This document shows, one piece after another, positions 39,824-50,866 of a DNA stretch of 54,349 nucleotides. Origin of the DNA: Trichodelitschia bisporula (taxonomy: Eukaryota). Position 1 is the first letter of the stretch. The number at the start of each line of letters is the position of its first letter. Below the pieces are notes generated by a model. It saw only the letters and a program-made list of their open reading frames with translations, was not told the DNA's origin and ran no database searches. The stretch lies in assembly GCA_010356995.1 (NCBI GenBank), contig ML996696.1, positions 994,364-1,048,712 on the forward strand, written 5' to 3'. Both the position numbers and the translations under genes were made by a program.

Positions 39824-40631
39824 TGGCGGACGGAGGCGTTGGCTGTTCTCAATGGCAGGGATGGCTGACGGCGAGTCTCGGGTCGGCGAGGAAATCGCAA
39901 TGAGCTCTCAGGTAATGTGTTGCTCTTTGGGATAGATTTTTCCGTAAGTCCCTGGTCCATCTTGACTTGGCGTCTATTGGCATGATATCACGAGAAACGG
40001 TCTATCAGTTTGCGAGATACCCAGCATGAATGGTGGGATATTAGGTATTCGGTTGGCGTCGGTGTACGGGCGGCTTATCTGCGATGATGCTAGAAAATAG
40101 ATTTGTACCCTGGCAGATCGCCGCCAGGCTGCTTGACTCTCATGTCTGCAACTGCATGTGAAGTCTAATGCCATCTACATACCATACGGATAGTGGAATT
40201 GGTGTTCCGTCAAAGGAGTCTGGACCTTGCAACGCTTGAGTGCCTGGGGGACTAGTCCATTTTCAGGCGGGAAAGTGGCTGTCTGTCGTCTTTGTTGTCC
40301 GAGACATGCGGGGTTTGCCATCTGCATCATCGTCGGGTGAGCCTCACATTCCGAAGACCGCTCGAAAAGGCGATTCGATGCTGTACAAGGCTACACACGT
40401 ACTAATAATACGCCGTGGGCTGACCTCAGCCCTCACAAACCTACCACAGTATGCACGGTAATGACCTTTTGGGTTGTGGCTCGGAGCACCCGATAGCACG
40501 CCGCAAGCTGCAGTTGAGGATGTACCTCCGTATTGTTGCTCGGCTAATCGTATTTTCAGACCTCTGGTCCCTGAATCATCCAGCTAGAAAAGTTGAGGAC
40601 GTGGGCACTGACAATGTGAGGATGTACGCAC

Positions 40632-40640
40632 GTATATAAG
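40632..40640 (+). promoter_or_regulatory. TATA box upstream of MFS gene
   Basis: GTATATAAG about 45 nt upstream of ATG 40684. Confidence 0.5.
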
Positions 40641-40683
40641 GCCCGAGGGCGCCGGTCGGGATCTCCGCAGCCCGCACTCAAAC

Positions 40684-42340
40684 ATGCATCTCAAGGCGCT
40701 CAAGGAGCTTGACAGGTCAGAGGGGACAGTTCGCATCCGTCAATGTAAGCCCCACAACGTTTTGCAGACAACAACTGACAGTGGGCAGCGGGCGACGGTG
40801 CGTTGGTGCTTGTCCCGCAGCCGTCCCCGAACGACCCCAATGACCCGCTGCGCTGGCCGTTATGGAAGAAACACACAGCATTCGGTGCTGTCTGCGCCTT
40901 TACGTTCCTGACTAACTATGGCATCAGCGGTCTCGCCCCGGCATTCGGTGTCCTGGCGCAGGAGTTCCACAAGAGCCCGGGGGAGGTCGCGGATCTGCTG
41001 CTGTGGCCGCTCCTGGTGCTCGGCATCTTCAACTTCTTTTGGGTTCCGATAGCGAATTACTTTGGCAAGCGGCCCGTGTTCATCTTTGCTTCACTTCTGC
41101 TGTTCCTTACGTTCATCTGGGGCGCCCGCGCGCAGACTTTCCGCAGCTTGCTGTGGTCGAACATTATCAGTGCCTTCGCTGGTAGCTCGACCGAGGCGTT
41201 GGGGGCAGCCATTGTGAACGATCTCTACTTTTTGCACGAGCGCGGGACAAAATTGAGCATCTATATGAACTTCATCGCCGGAGGAAACACCATCGGGCCG
41301 CTGATTTGCGGCTTTGTGGCCGAGAATGTCGGCTGGCGGTGGCATAAGGGGGTCGCCGCCATCGCGACGGGTATCACTTTTGCCACGGTCGTATTTCTTG
41401 TTCCGGAGACACAGTTCACTCGTAATCTGGACGCGGGCGGCAGCGCGTTGTCGGATTCCGAGGCAGAAAAAGGCGTGCCCGTGACGACTGAGGTGGCGCA
41501 AAAGACCTTCTGGCAAGAGCTCAGCTTGACGGTTGGGATGTCACCCGGCACCAACATCTTTGAGCTCTTCGTGCGGCCATTTCCGCTGATCGTGTATCCG
41601 GCGGTGCTGTTTGCGTTTCTCGGATACGCCGTAAGCCTGGCGTGGGTGGTGGCAATCAACATTATGGCGCCTTTCATCCTGGAGGCGCCGCCGTATCTCT
41701 GGGGAACTTCGCTGGTGAGTATCCGCGGCTAATGTGTGCAGTGCTGACTCGACCGCCAGATCGGACTCATCAACCTTGCCGGTTTTCTGGGCAACGTCTT
41801 CGGCTCGGTGATAGGAGGCTGGTGCGTCGACCGGTACTCGGACTGGCGCGCCCGGAAGAACAATGGCGTCTTCGAACCGGAAATGCGCCTGTTTCTGCTC
41901 ATCCTTCCGGCTCTCATCGTTCCGGCCGGCTGTCTGGTGTTCGGATACGGCGTCGGTCGCTCCCTGCACTGGACCGCGCTCTTCTTTGGCTTCGGCATGA
42001 TTTCGCTGGGGCTGGTAGCTGTGCCCATCATCGGGATGACATATGTCAGGTGAGTGCGGGTTTATCAATGGTGGCTTTGCACAGCTTGCTCACATTGACC
42101 TCCAGTGACTGCTATTTCCCTGTCGCATCGGACGCACTTCTGCTGGTCAACGGGCTCAAGAACATCGTGGCATTTGGCTTTGTGTACGGTGTGGTGCCGT
42201 GGGTGACGGGTTCTGGATACGTGAATGCGTTTGGAACACAGGCCGGCGTGTTCGTCGCCATCATGGCGCTGGCCATTCCGCTCGCTCTGTATGGCGCGAG
42301 GATCAGACACAGGACATCCCAGTGGCGGATCATTTTGTAG
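40684..42340 (+). CDS. MFS transporter (HOL1/DHA1-like family)
   Basis: LVPQPSPNDPNDPLRWPLWKK, YFGKRPV, DLYFLHERG, VGWRW, VPETQF, KNNGVFEPEMRL and YGARIR. Introns at about 40745-40788, 41714-41759 and 42050-42106. Confidence 0.92.
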
Positions 42341-43258
42341 ACGTTCCGGGCTCGGGGCCTTGCCGTTCTAATCTTGATATATGAAGCCAGAGGCTGGGAA
42401 CTCTCTGGTCGCTGCTACGAGGTCGTGGACAAGGCTGCTCCCTCCTGGTCGTCATGGATTGGCCATGCTGCATCGGCATGGATTTGCTATACTAATGCTG
42501 GAACAGTACAGTAGACACTGCACACACGTAAATAGACTAGGCCTTCCTCCGGAAGTTAACCACACCGACAGAGTCATTTGTTCCCGCATCGATTGGTCAA
42601 GACCAAGCACCCATCGTGAGCGACCAAAGTGTTGATGTACACTAGAACTAATGTGACCGAGCATAAGGGCAGTGGTGAAAGGTAGAGGAATCATCAAATG
42701 TAATTTCGGTAAGCTCATGATGCTTCACTCGCCGAACCGATTTCTTGCGACGCAGTCACACAGGGCCAGTTAAAAAAGTCGCGACCGCTCCCCACGCTAG
42801 CCTATGCTCGTTTTTAGGCCAATATCCTAGAGGCGTATGGTCTTAACTTTCTGAGAAGGGACCTTGAACTTTTCTAGAGGACTCCTGCACCGTGTTCATC
42901 CTGGGCGACATCGGCGATTCTTCGCCGTCCTTTCGCATTGTACTTTCCACGTCGAACCTCAACTTCCGCTGCTTTCTCTGTATTTACCGGCCCCGGCGAT
43001 CCTGGTGCTCCTTGACGGGCGCCAAACGCCAAATCCATCCCCGCTGGAGCATGGCAAGGCCTGGAGACCAGCAAATCCTCGCCGGTGCCCCGCAGAGTCC
43101 TGGATTTTGTCGGCCTCCTAGTTCTACTCTTACCATCACCTTCATCTCGCTCATGGCTTATGTGAGCCGCCGGAAGAAGTCATGTAGAGAATCACGTCAA
43201 GGATCATGGAGGCAGACTTGATCTATTTGTCTACGGAAGCCGCCACTGAATCCCGTGC

Positions 43259-45111
43259 TCAGTGCGCAAAGCGGAAGTCCAGGCGCTTGTTGCCCTTATC
43301 CTTCGTGGTGGCAAGGTACTCGACCTTTTGCGCTTCGGTCAGCGCGTTCCACTTGCGGTCGCGTGACTTGTTGCGCCAGATGTAGTACGCCTTGACCAGC
43401 AAGTAGATGACGATGTTCATGCATACGACCGCCAGCAGCTGCTTGTTGCCGCGCTTATACCGCGGCGCGTCGTCCTTGCGGTAGACGTTGGAGCTGATGA
43501 TACCAGACGTTTGCACAAACATGTTGTACGCGGCCGCGGACACGGTGCGCGACCGAACGCTGTTGGAGTTGCGCGAGTTCCAACCAACTTGGATCGGATG
43601 GGCTGCAACGTCAGCGGATGATGATCACGGAAGAGCGGGTAACATACCATTCGGATAAGCCAGCAGCAGCGTCGTTACCGTCCACAGCGTCCACCGGTTG
43701 ATCTTCTGCGTGTTCATCACGTTGAGAGCTATAAGGAACGGTAACAGCCAGACCTGCCCGACCATGGACGTCAGTGTCAGCTCTCCTGTCCATTCGGCAA
43801 AGTAAGAGAGCGCAAGCATGGTGATGATGTGCAACACGGTGAACGGTATGGTGAGTAGATTGGTGTTGAAGGTGTCGAACCCGAGCCCACGGAGCGTGAG
43901 AGTCAAATACTGCTGTGGTGGAACCGCGGGAATCTGAAACACGAGCCCGAGGATGTACAGCGGCCACAGGTCGTAGTCCGAGAGGCTTGTGTACAGCAGT
44001 TTCGGTGTGATGGGTTGACGGTTGTGCATCGTTCCCTTGGTCGGATCTTCGCGGATGACTCGGTTGACGATGATGGTCTCTTCGCGCTCGCTGAACCAGC
44101 CCTTCTTGCCGCGGAACCAGTTGGCCGTCTGTGTCGGGCTTGGCGGCATGAGACCAAAGGCGAGCAGACCGACAACCAAGGTGATGAGGCCCTCAATGAG
44201 GAAGAGCCAGCGCCAGCCGGCCTGGCCGAGAACGCCACGCATGTGCAGCAGACCGTACGCAATGAGCGCAGACAGGATATCGGCGATGCTCATACCCGTC
44301 CAGAAGTACGACAGCCGGATGGACAGCTCGTGGTGCTTGTAAAAATACGACAGATACAAGATGACGTCCGGAATGAAGCCGCCTTGCAACAGCCCAAGCA
44401 GCGCGCGGGTGAGGAGGAAGGTGGAGCGCCCCTTGAGCGCATACTGAGACATGGCGACGGCGCTCCAGAGGACCATCTGTGCGGGGATCCAACGGTCAGG
44501 GCCGACCCACTTGGACACCAGCTGGCTCGGCAACTCAGCACAGAGGAATGCCAACTTGAACACGGTGTTGCCGAAGTTGAAGTCTGATGGTCAGTATATG
44601 AGCCGCGACACCGGACACAAACGTACCATTCGTGGTCAAATGCAGGTCCTTGAGCAGGTTGTCGGACACTGCCTGCCCCAGATTGGCGCGGTCGAGCTCG
44701 AGAGCCATGAACATGATGATAGCGAAGAGCATGATGCGGCCGTCCAACTTGCGAATCAGCTTGTTCTCCTCGCGCCACGTCCATCGCGCCGATGGATCGA
44801 ATCGGTGCAGATTTTCCCTGACGGTCAGCGTGGCCAACGAAATGAAGGAGAAGCAGTACACACCAGTCAGCTCGCGGCTGGTACTGCGCCGCAGTCTCGG
44901 GGTTGTCGAAAACGCTCGGTTGCGTCGCAATGGCATCCGGATCGTACTTGACCTTGTCGCGGGAGAAGAAGAAGCGCTTCACATGGTGCGGCTCGCCCAG
45001 CTCGGGGATGGCGGAGACGGACGCTTTGGGCTCCTTCTTGCCCTCAGGCACAAGGCTGTCGTTCGACGTGGACGCCGAAGGGATTCGGTCTTTGAGGAGC
45101 ACGGTACTCAT
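43259..45111 (-). CDS. MFS allantoate-permease (ACS) family transporter, SOA1/YIL166C/AstA-like sulfonate/sulfate transporter
   Basis: [83 protein letters not shown] and C-terminal [11 protein letters not shown]. Three introns. Confidence 0.9.
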
Positions 45112-45345
45112 GATGGAACAGGGTTATTGGACCGGTTAACGGACGCGAACAGGGACGGGTACCCAGTCTCTATTTATCCTCCATGTCTCACATCACCATC
45201 ACACACCTCTACCGCTTTGCGTGATTCTAGGACCTGATGGCAGGATGATGGGCCGGCGCATTTCAACGCCCTCTGCAGCTCATGTCTGCTTCCAGTGTCT
45301 GTATCATCGCTGCTGGCTTCTGGGCTATGCCTCATGCTCGCAGTT

Positions 45346-45720
45346 TCGTCGCCATGTTGGTCGAGGGGGTGGGCAAGTCGCCACATTCTACCACATGGCA
45401 TGTGCGGCCGGCCTGCCGAACCACGAAGACGGGAATGGCAAGACCGCGGGGTACATTTGTCGCCATAGCAGCCGCAAAATTCGAACTGATAAGCGCTAAC
45501 AGGGCCATTGGGCTGCATCCGGTCTTTTCGCAGTATTGTGGTGTTCTTGCGTGCATCCACCACCACGTTGTGTATAGGTCCAGACCCGCCCCGACGCCAA
45601 GAAATCGCCATCAATGTGCGGTTGTCGCAATGACAAGGGAAGCCGCAACGGGTAAATCGGAATGACGCGATGCTTGTGGTTCATGATGACATTGCCTGAG
45701 GGCGGACTACATGATGGCAA
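45346..45720. promoter_or_regulatory. Cluster of degenerate CYS-3/MetR-like bZIP sites in the divergent promoter
   Basis: ATGACGCGAT (45662-71), ATGATGACAT (45683-92), ATGATGGCAA (45711-20), TTGTCGCCAT (45457-66), TTGTCGCAAT (45622-31) and TCGTCGCCAT (45346-55), compared with the consensus ATGRYRYCAT. Confidence 0.45.
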
Positions 45721-45890
45721 CGAGTGAAGGGTGTAAGGACGAACGATTGAAGTTGAGTTGAGCAACGCGGAACGTCCGTCTTTCAGCATTGTCGTGAACT
45801 TAACCTTGTCGGCCCGATTCAGCCTCGTCCCTTCCGCCAGCCTTACTCCGTACACGTATCCGATTCCCCGCAGCCTTCTACCGTATCGCA

Positions 45891-47149
45891 ATGGCTCCCG
45901 CAGCCCTCGACACCAGCGCCTCGACCGGCCCGCGCACCTTGCCACTCAAGGCTTCGGGCGCTTTGGCTGATGTTGAGTCGATTGACATCACGCCAGTCAT
46001 TGGCACTGAATTTCCCAATGCCAATCTCGTCGAGTGGCTCAACGCCCCGAACGCCAACGCCCTCCTGCGGGATCTCGCCATCAAGAGTGCGTCTCTCGTG
46101 CCTTTCGCTTTTTGTTCACCTGTCTCTTGTTTGCCTTTGCTCATCTGCCTCTTGGTCTTTGCTTGTCTTCTGCTCCTCTCGTGCGCAATTCGTATCATGC
46201 ATCAGGCTGACCGTCAGTCTCCGAACGCGGCGTGGTTTTTTTCCGCGCCCAGGACAACCTGACCAACGAGCTGCAGAAGCAGCTCATCATCAAGCTTGGT
46301 GAGCTGACCGGTCGCCCCAAAACTTCGGGCCTGCACATCCACCCGATCCTCAACACCGAACGCGAGCTGGGCGGCAACGACCCCGAGATCAGCACCATCT
46401 CGTCGGTGCAGCACCAGAAATTTTACAAGCCCGGCCCCAAAAGCGACGAGCTCAGCCCCAAGAAGCAGTATACTGCGCAATGGCATAGCGACATTGCATT
46501 TGAGCCGGTGCCTGCCGACTACTCGTCACTGCGACTGGTCCAGTTGCCAAAGACTGGCGGAGGTGAGTGCTCCTTGTCTTTCGATGGCCGCTCGCTCCCC
46601 ACTGACAATGCGCCGCCAGACACGTTATTCGCCTCCGGGTACGAGATCTACGACCGCATCAGCGAACCCTTCCAGCGCTTCCTCGAAACTCTCACCGTGA
46701 CCTTTGCGCAGCCCAACTTCAACGCCGTCGCCGAGCGCAGCGGCTTCAAGCTCTATGCCGGCGTGCGCGGCGCGCCAGAGAATGTCGGCACGGAGCTCAA
46801 AGCCGTGCATCCTCTCGTCCGCACCAACCCAGTCACCGGCTGGAAGAGCATCTTCCCCGTGGGCGGCCATGTGCAGCACATCAACGGCGTGACCGAGGAT
46901 GAGAGCCGCAAACTGCTGGACTGGTTCCTCGAGCTATTGCATAAGAACCATGACCTCCAAGTGCGCTTCAAGTGGCAGAACCCCAACGACATTGCCATCT
47001 GGGACAACCGCAGCGTTTTCCACACCGCCACTTTTGATTATGATGGCCAGGGTGACCGCTTCGGCAACCGCGCTGTGGGGTTAGGCGAGCGGCCGTACTT
47101 CGATCCGCAGAGTACATCGCGCAGGGAGGCGCTGAGAATCCCCAATTAA
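45891..47149 (+). CDS. TauD/JLP1-like Fe(II)/2-oxoglutarate-dependent sulfonate dioxygenase
   Basis: DITPVIGTEF, RDLAIKI-SERGVVFFRAQD, WHSDIAFE (HxD), GGDTLFASGY, HPLVRTNPVTGWK and AIWDNRSVFHTA (distal His). Introns 46087-46217 and 46563-46619. Confidence 0.94.
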
Positions 47150-47370
47150 TTCAATGCATGCTGTTCATTGTTCTGCCAGAGCCGCTTCGATGTTTATGGA
47201 CGCATATGGAGAATGTGAAATCTTGCCGTCGCTATGAAAATGATGCTCACGCGCTTATCTCAAAATTCAAGTGCTAGATCTCTCGCAGAAACCTACTAAA
47301 GAATGTTCGTAAACGCCTTAACTGTCACGGTATGACACCCGGTTCTGCAGCCCCATGGGCTCGCACCATC

Positions 47371-47544
47371 TGTTAGAAGGAGGTGTGAGATTAATGGAAA
47401 CATCACAGCATCACAAGTTAAACCGAAGGTCTGTCCATGAACAAGTTGCTTGATTGTCAAAGAGGTGGGGATCCTGAGTCTGCTTATGCTCGAGCCCTGT
47501 GGCTGAAATTGGGTAAGGCTGAACACAGCCACCGCTGTCCAACA
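47371..47544 (-). repeat. 3' LTR of copia element
   Basis: TGTTAGA...TCCAACA termini (TG..CA). It matches 48814-48987 at 152/174 positions with no indels by manual alignment. Confidence 0.93.
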
Positions 47545-47554
47545 CTCCCCCTCA
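47545..47554 (-). other. Polypurine tract (PPT)
   Basis: TGAGGGGGAG on the minus strand immediately precedes the 3' LTR (TGTTGG). Confidence 0.85.
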
Positions 47555-47718
47555 GACGAAACCCAGTGAAAATGCGAGGGTTACGCTCACAAAGACATGA
47601 AGCTCCCACATGGACAGACGGCCAGGCCTCGTTAAAACCCTCCGTGAGGGAAAGAGTGCCTGGACTTATAAAAGGAGGGGCGGCAGACAGATCGATCTTC
47701 ATGGTTCCCATCTCCCCC

Positions 47719-48760
47719 TCACCTGGTGTGAGCCCATTCAAGACCCAGTGCCTCCCTGAACTGTTCGAAGCGATTATTTGGCAAGGCTTTTGTAAGGCCA
47801 TCAGCAACCTGCTTCTCCGTCGGGATGTACTGGAGGTCAATCTCTCCAGATGCCTGCTTCTCCCTGACGTAGTGGTGCTGAATGCCAATGTGCTTTGTTC
47901 GCGGGTGAAACTGCGTGTTCTTGGCCAGGGGAATTGCTCCTTGGTTGTCGCCGTAGATAACCGTGGTGGTGAGGTCCTCCCTTGCTTGGAACTCGCGGAG
48001 GAGTGCCTGGAGCCAGATTGCTTCCTTTGTCGCCTGAGTTTGCCCCATGTACTCGGCTTCGCAGGATGAGAGTGCAACGGTGGCCTGTCGCTTCGAAGAC
48101 CAACTGATTGCTCCGCTTCCGATGTTGAAGACGTAGCCTCCCGTTGAATGCTGAGTTCCCAAGTCCCCGGCCCAGTCGCTGTCCGTGTAGCCGACAAGGG
48201 GTTTGAGGCTTCCCTTGTACACGAGAGCCAAGTCGATGGTGCCTCTGGGGTATCGCATGATTCGCTTCACAGCCTTGATGTGGCCCTCGGTTGGGTTTGA
48301 CGCGTACCGGCTGCACGCGGACACAGCAAAGGCGATGTCGGGTCTGGTGCCGAGCATGGCGTACATCAGCGAGCCGATGGCTTTGGCGTACCAGGGTTTC
48401 GCAACCTCCGTAGACTGAAAGGCTTCCGGTGCTGTTCCATTTTCTCTTGCATCGGCGTCAGGACTGGCTTTGACTCCCACATCCCAAATCCTTCAGGACC
48501 TTTTCCAGATAGCCGTGCTGGGAAAGGTGGATGGCGCGCTTGCTCCTGTCCCGCCTGATAGACATGCCCAGGTAGTATGAGCAGGGTCCAAGGTCCGACA
48601 TCTCGAAGCGGCTGTTCAGAGCCTCCTTCAGCTTTCCGATGTTTTCCGACCTGACACCGGCAATCAACAGGTCGTCGACGTACACGGCAATGTACACGTT
48701 GTCCTTCACGAAGATGCCCAGGTCAGAGGAAAGGGGAGTGAACCCGAGGTCTTTGTTCAT
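47719..48760 (-). pseudogene. Copia pol remnant (RT C-half + RNase H), frameshifted
   Basis: Two ORF pieces. A third frame between them carries the conserved GMWESKPVLTPM, implying two small indels at about 48440-48490. Confidence 0.88.
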
Positions 48761-48801
48761 TTTGTAGGAATACGTAGCTGGTTGTGTAGATTAAGCATTC
48801 C

Positions 48802-48813
48802 GGGCTCATAACC
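48802..48813 (-). other. Primer-binding site of half-tRNA-iMet type (GGTTATGAGCCC)
   Basis: GGTTATGAGCCC directly follows the 5' LTR. This is the Ty5/copia (hemivirus-type) PBS, complementary to the initiator tRNA-Met anticodon arm. Confidence 0.88.
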
Positions 48814-48987
48814 TGTTGAAAGGTGATGCGTGATCAACAGAAACGTCACTGCATCACAAGTTGGACCGAAGGTCTGTCCATGAACAAGTTGCTTAATTGT
48901 CAAAGAGGTGGGGATCCCGAGTCTACTTGTACTCGAGCCCTGTGGCTGAACCTGGGTAAGGCTGAACGCAGCCACCGCTTTCCAACA
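48814..48987 (-). repeat. 5' LTR of copia element
   Basis: TGTTGAA...TCCAACA termini; direct repeat of 47371-47544. Confidence 0.93.
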
Positions 48988-49359
48988 GGTACCGCTTATG
49001 GCCTGGGGCGCGTTAGCTCCGGTGTCACCGGCCATTCGGTGAACACGGCCGAGTTCTGGCGCCGGGGCGAGTCACAGCGCGAACCGATCCACGCGCACCT
49101 CAGCAATCACAAACGCGGCGCCGTTATCGCGGCTTACCGGCATTGCGGCAGCGAATCTCACGGCAGCGGTGATAGTGACGCAATAGCACACGGAGCGAGC
49201 CGATGTGCGGGCAGCGGACTCCGGAATTCGGCCCGGCACAGAACAACACGCTCATCGCCGGCTTCAACCAGCCGAGCTTGCCTCAAAGTACGTTGTCACT
49301 TGTCAGCGAGGCAATCACCCTTAGACACAACGCGGAGTCTTCGATTGCCGTTTCGACTG

Positions 49360-50260
49360 TTACATACAAGACGCCCCAAAGACCTCAGCCTCCCCCTGCG
49401 GCACGTACACCGCCGGCCCCGATATCGGGTACGGCGACACGTTGCGCCACATGTCAAAGTACAGCCCCGGCTCCTGCTTGAAGGGACGGTAGGCGCCGGG
49501 GAAGCAGACCCCGGGCGGCGACGCAGCCCCGCTGCCCGAGATGCGCAGGTTGAAGCATTGGATGTAGTGCTGGGTTGTCAGCGACGTCCTCAAGGCTAGA
49601 GCCGTACCTGTGGCCCCAGGATCTTGTCCTTCATGTGCTATAGGCTATCCTCGGTCATATAGTGCAGCGCGATGAGCTCGTGGCGGAGGATATAGGTCAC
49701 CGGCGCAATGTCATGCGGAGTTACCGTGGCGGTGACGTTCCCGTCGTCCATCATCTCGTCTACGGCCCACCGGCCATCCGCCGCCAGCCCCCGTTCCGAG
49801 ATCTTGAACCACGACAGCGCGTTGAGGTCCACCTTCTCGACCGGCCCCGTGTATCGCGCCAGGTAGTTCACGATGGGGCCCTTGTGGCTCGCAAACCAGG
49901 AACTCCACAGGAAGCGCACCGTGCTGCCCGCGCGGGCAGGGGCGATCAGCGCCGGAGCGCGCGGGTCGGCGTTGCAGGCCATCACCGGGGAGGTCTGGGT
50001 CGACAACGGCGAAGCGCCGCGAGGTGCGCTGGTTGTAGGCAAAGGCGATGGGCGGGCTGGGGAAGCGGTCGTCGCGCTCACTGGAGGGTTAAATGGGAGG
50101 CGGTATTGCGGGCGGCTTACGGTGAGTAGCCCCAGTACCTGGGTCGTTAGCGATGCGGCGTGGGGGGGGAGACGTACAGTTGACCGTCGACGGCGACATG
50201 GCGCACAGAGCCGTGCGTAAAGGCGCTCATTGCGAGGCCGACAGATAATGTCAGGGCCCA
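49360..50260 (-). pseudogene. AA9 (GH61) lytic polysaccharide monooxygenase pseudogene
   Basis: Signal-like WALTLSVGLAMSAFT, then HGSVRHVAVDGQL-YWGY, MACN, SHKGP, WFKI, YILRHELIALH, PQ-HYIQCFNL, GVCFPGAY and YPISGP. Disrupted by a frameshift near 50000, an in-frame TAG at 49638-40 and the absence of an ATG ahead of the signal sequence. Confidence 0.85.
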
Positions 50261-50383
50261 GCTAGGTTCACGGGTGGAATTTAATTGGCATGGTCAAACA
50301 AACAACACTTCTCTGAAGAATCTATGTAAAGTGGAGGAGGAGCAAACCTAAGTGATGGGTGGTGGTCTGGGCGTCGAGACCCT

Positions 50384-50397
50384 TGGTCACGTGACCA
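50384..50397. promoter_or_regulatory. 14-bp perfect palindrome with E-box (TGGTCACGTGACCA)
   Basis: Perfect palindrome containing GTCACGTGAC (Cbf1/bHLH-type site) about 125 nt upstream of the AA9 5' end. Confidence 0.4.
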
Positions 50398-50866
50398 GGG
50401 ATGGTCTGTGGTTCCTGGAGGACGAGTGACCAGTGTTGGCAAGCATTGGTCTTACCTCCTTGTTATGGGAGTTGTCCCAACTAGGTTTGGCTCGCCCCAT
50501 GACAGATAACTAAATTGGGAGCAGCATTTTGCCGTAGGAATGGGTGAGTGCAGAAGGCATTGCTTGGCGGGTGCGACTTGGTCTAATAAACTGAGCGGCG
50601 CTGTCGCGTCGACGGATGGCATCGAGCTAAACGATCGATCTAGATTAGAACGATAATGAGCAAGTCCAAATGAGGGTTGCCGAGCCTACAGCGATGGCGC
50701 AGCGATGGCCCGTGAGCTATATGGGATCAACTAATTCACGAGCTTGGGTTCGTCAACGGAAACGCGGATTGCGATGAAGCGTTCTGCGGACTAAAGACCG
50801 AATCCTGGGTATCCAACCGCCCTGCCTCAAGCGACAACGAAATGCAGAAATCAAGACAAACGGAGA

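Larger units (their letters stand above)
47371..48987 (-). mobile_element. Internally deleted Ty1/copia LTR retrotransposon (1617 bp, non-autonomous)
   Basis: Two 174-bp LTRs, a PBS and a PPT. The internal region holds only the C-terminal RT (YIAVYVDDLLIAG, FEMSDLG) and RNase H (VGYTDSDWAGD, SSCEAEY, GDNQGAI, RTKHI, QVADGLTKAL). Confidence 0.95.

Noticed and set aside
42341..43258. 900-bp gap between the convergent MFS genes with short ORFs
   Set aside because: No motifs, splice-supported model or repeat structure were found, so no gene call can be supported.
47351..47370. GGGCTCGCACCA next to the left LTR, resembling a second PBS (tandem element)
   Set aside because: Only 6 nt match the true PBS, the spacing differs and there is no retroelement sequence beyond it.
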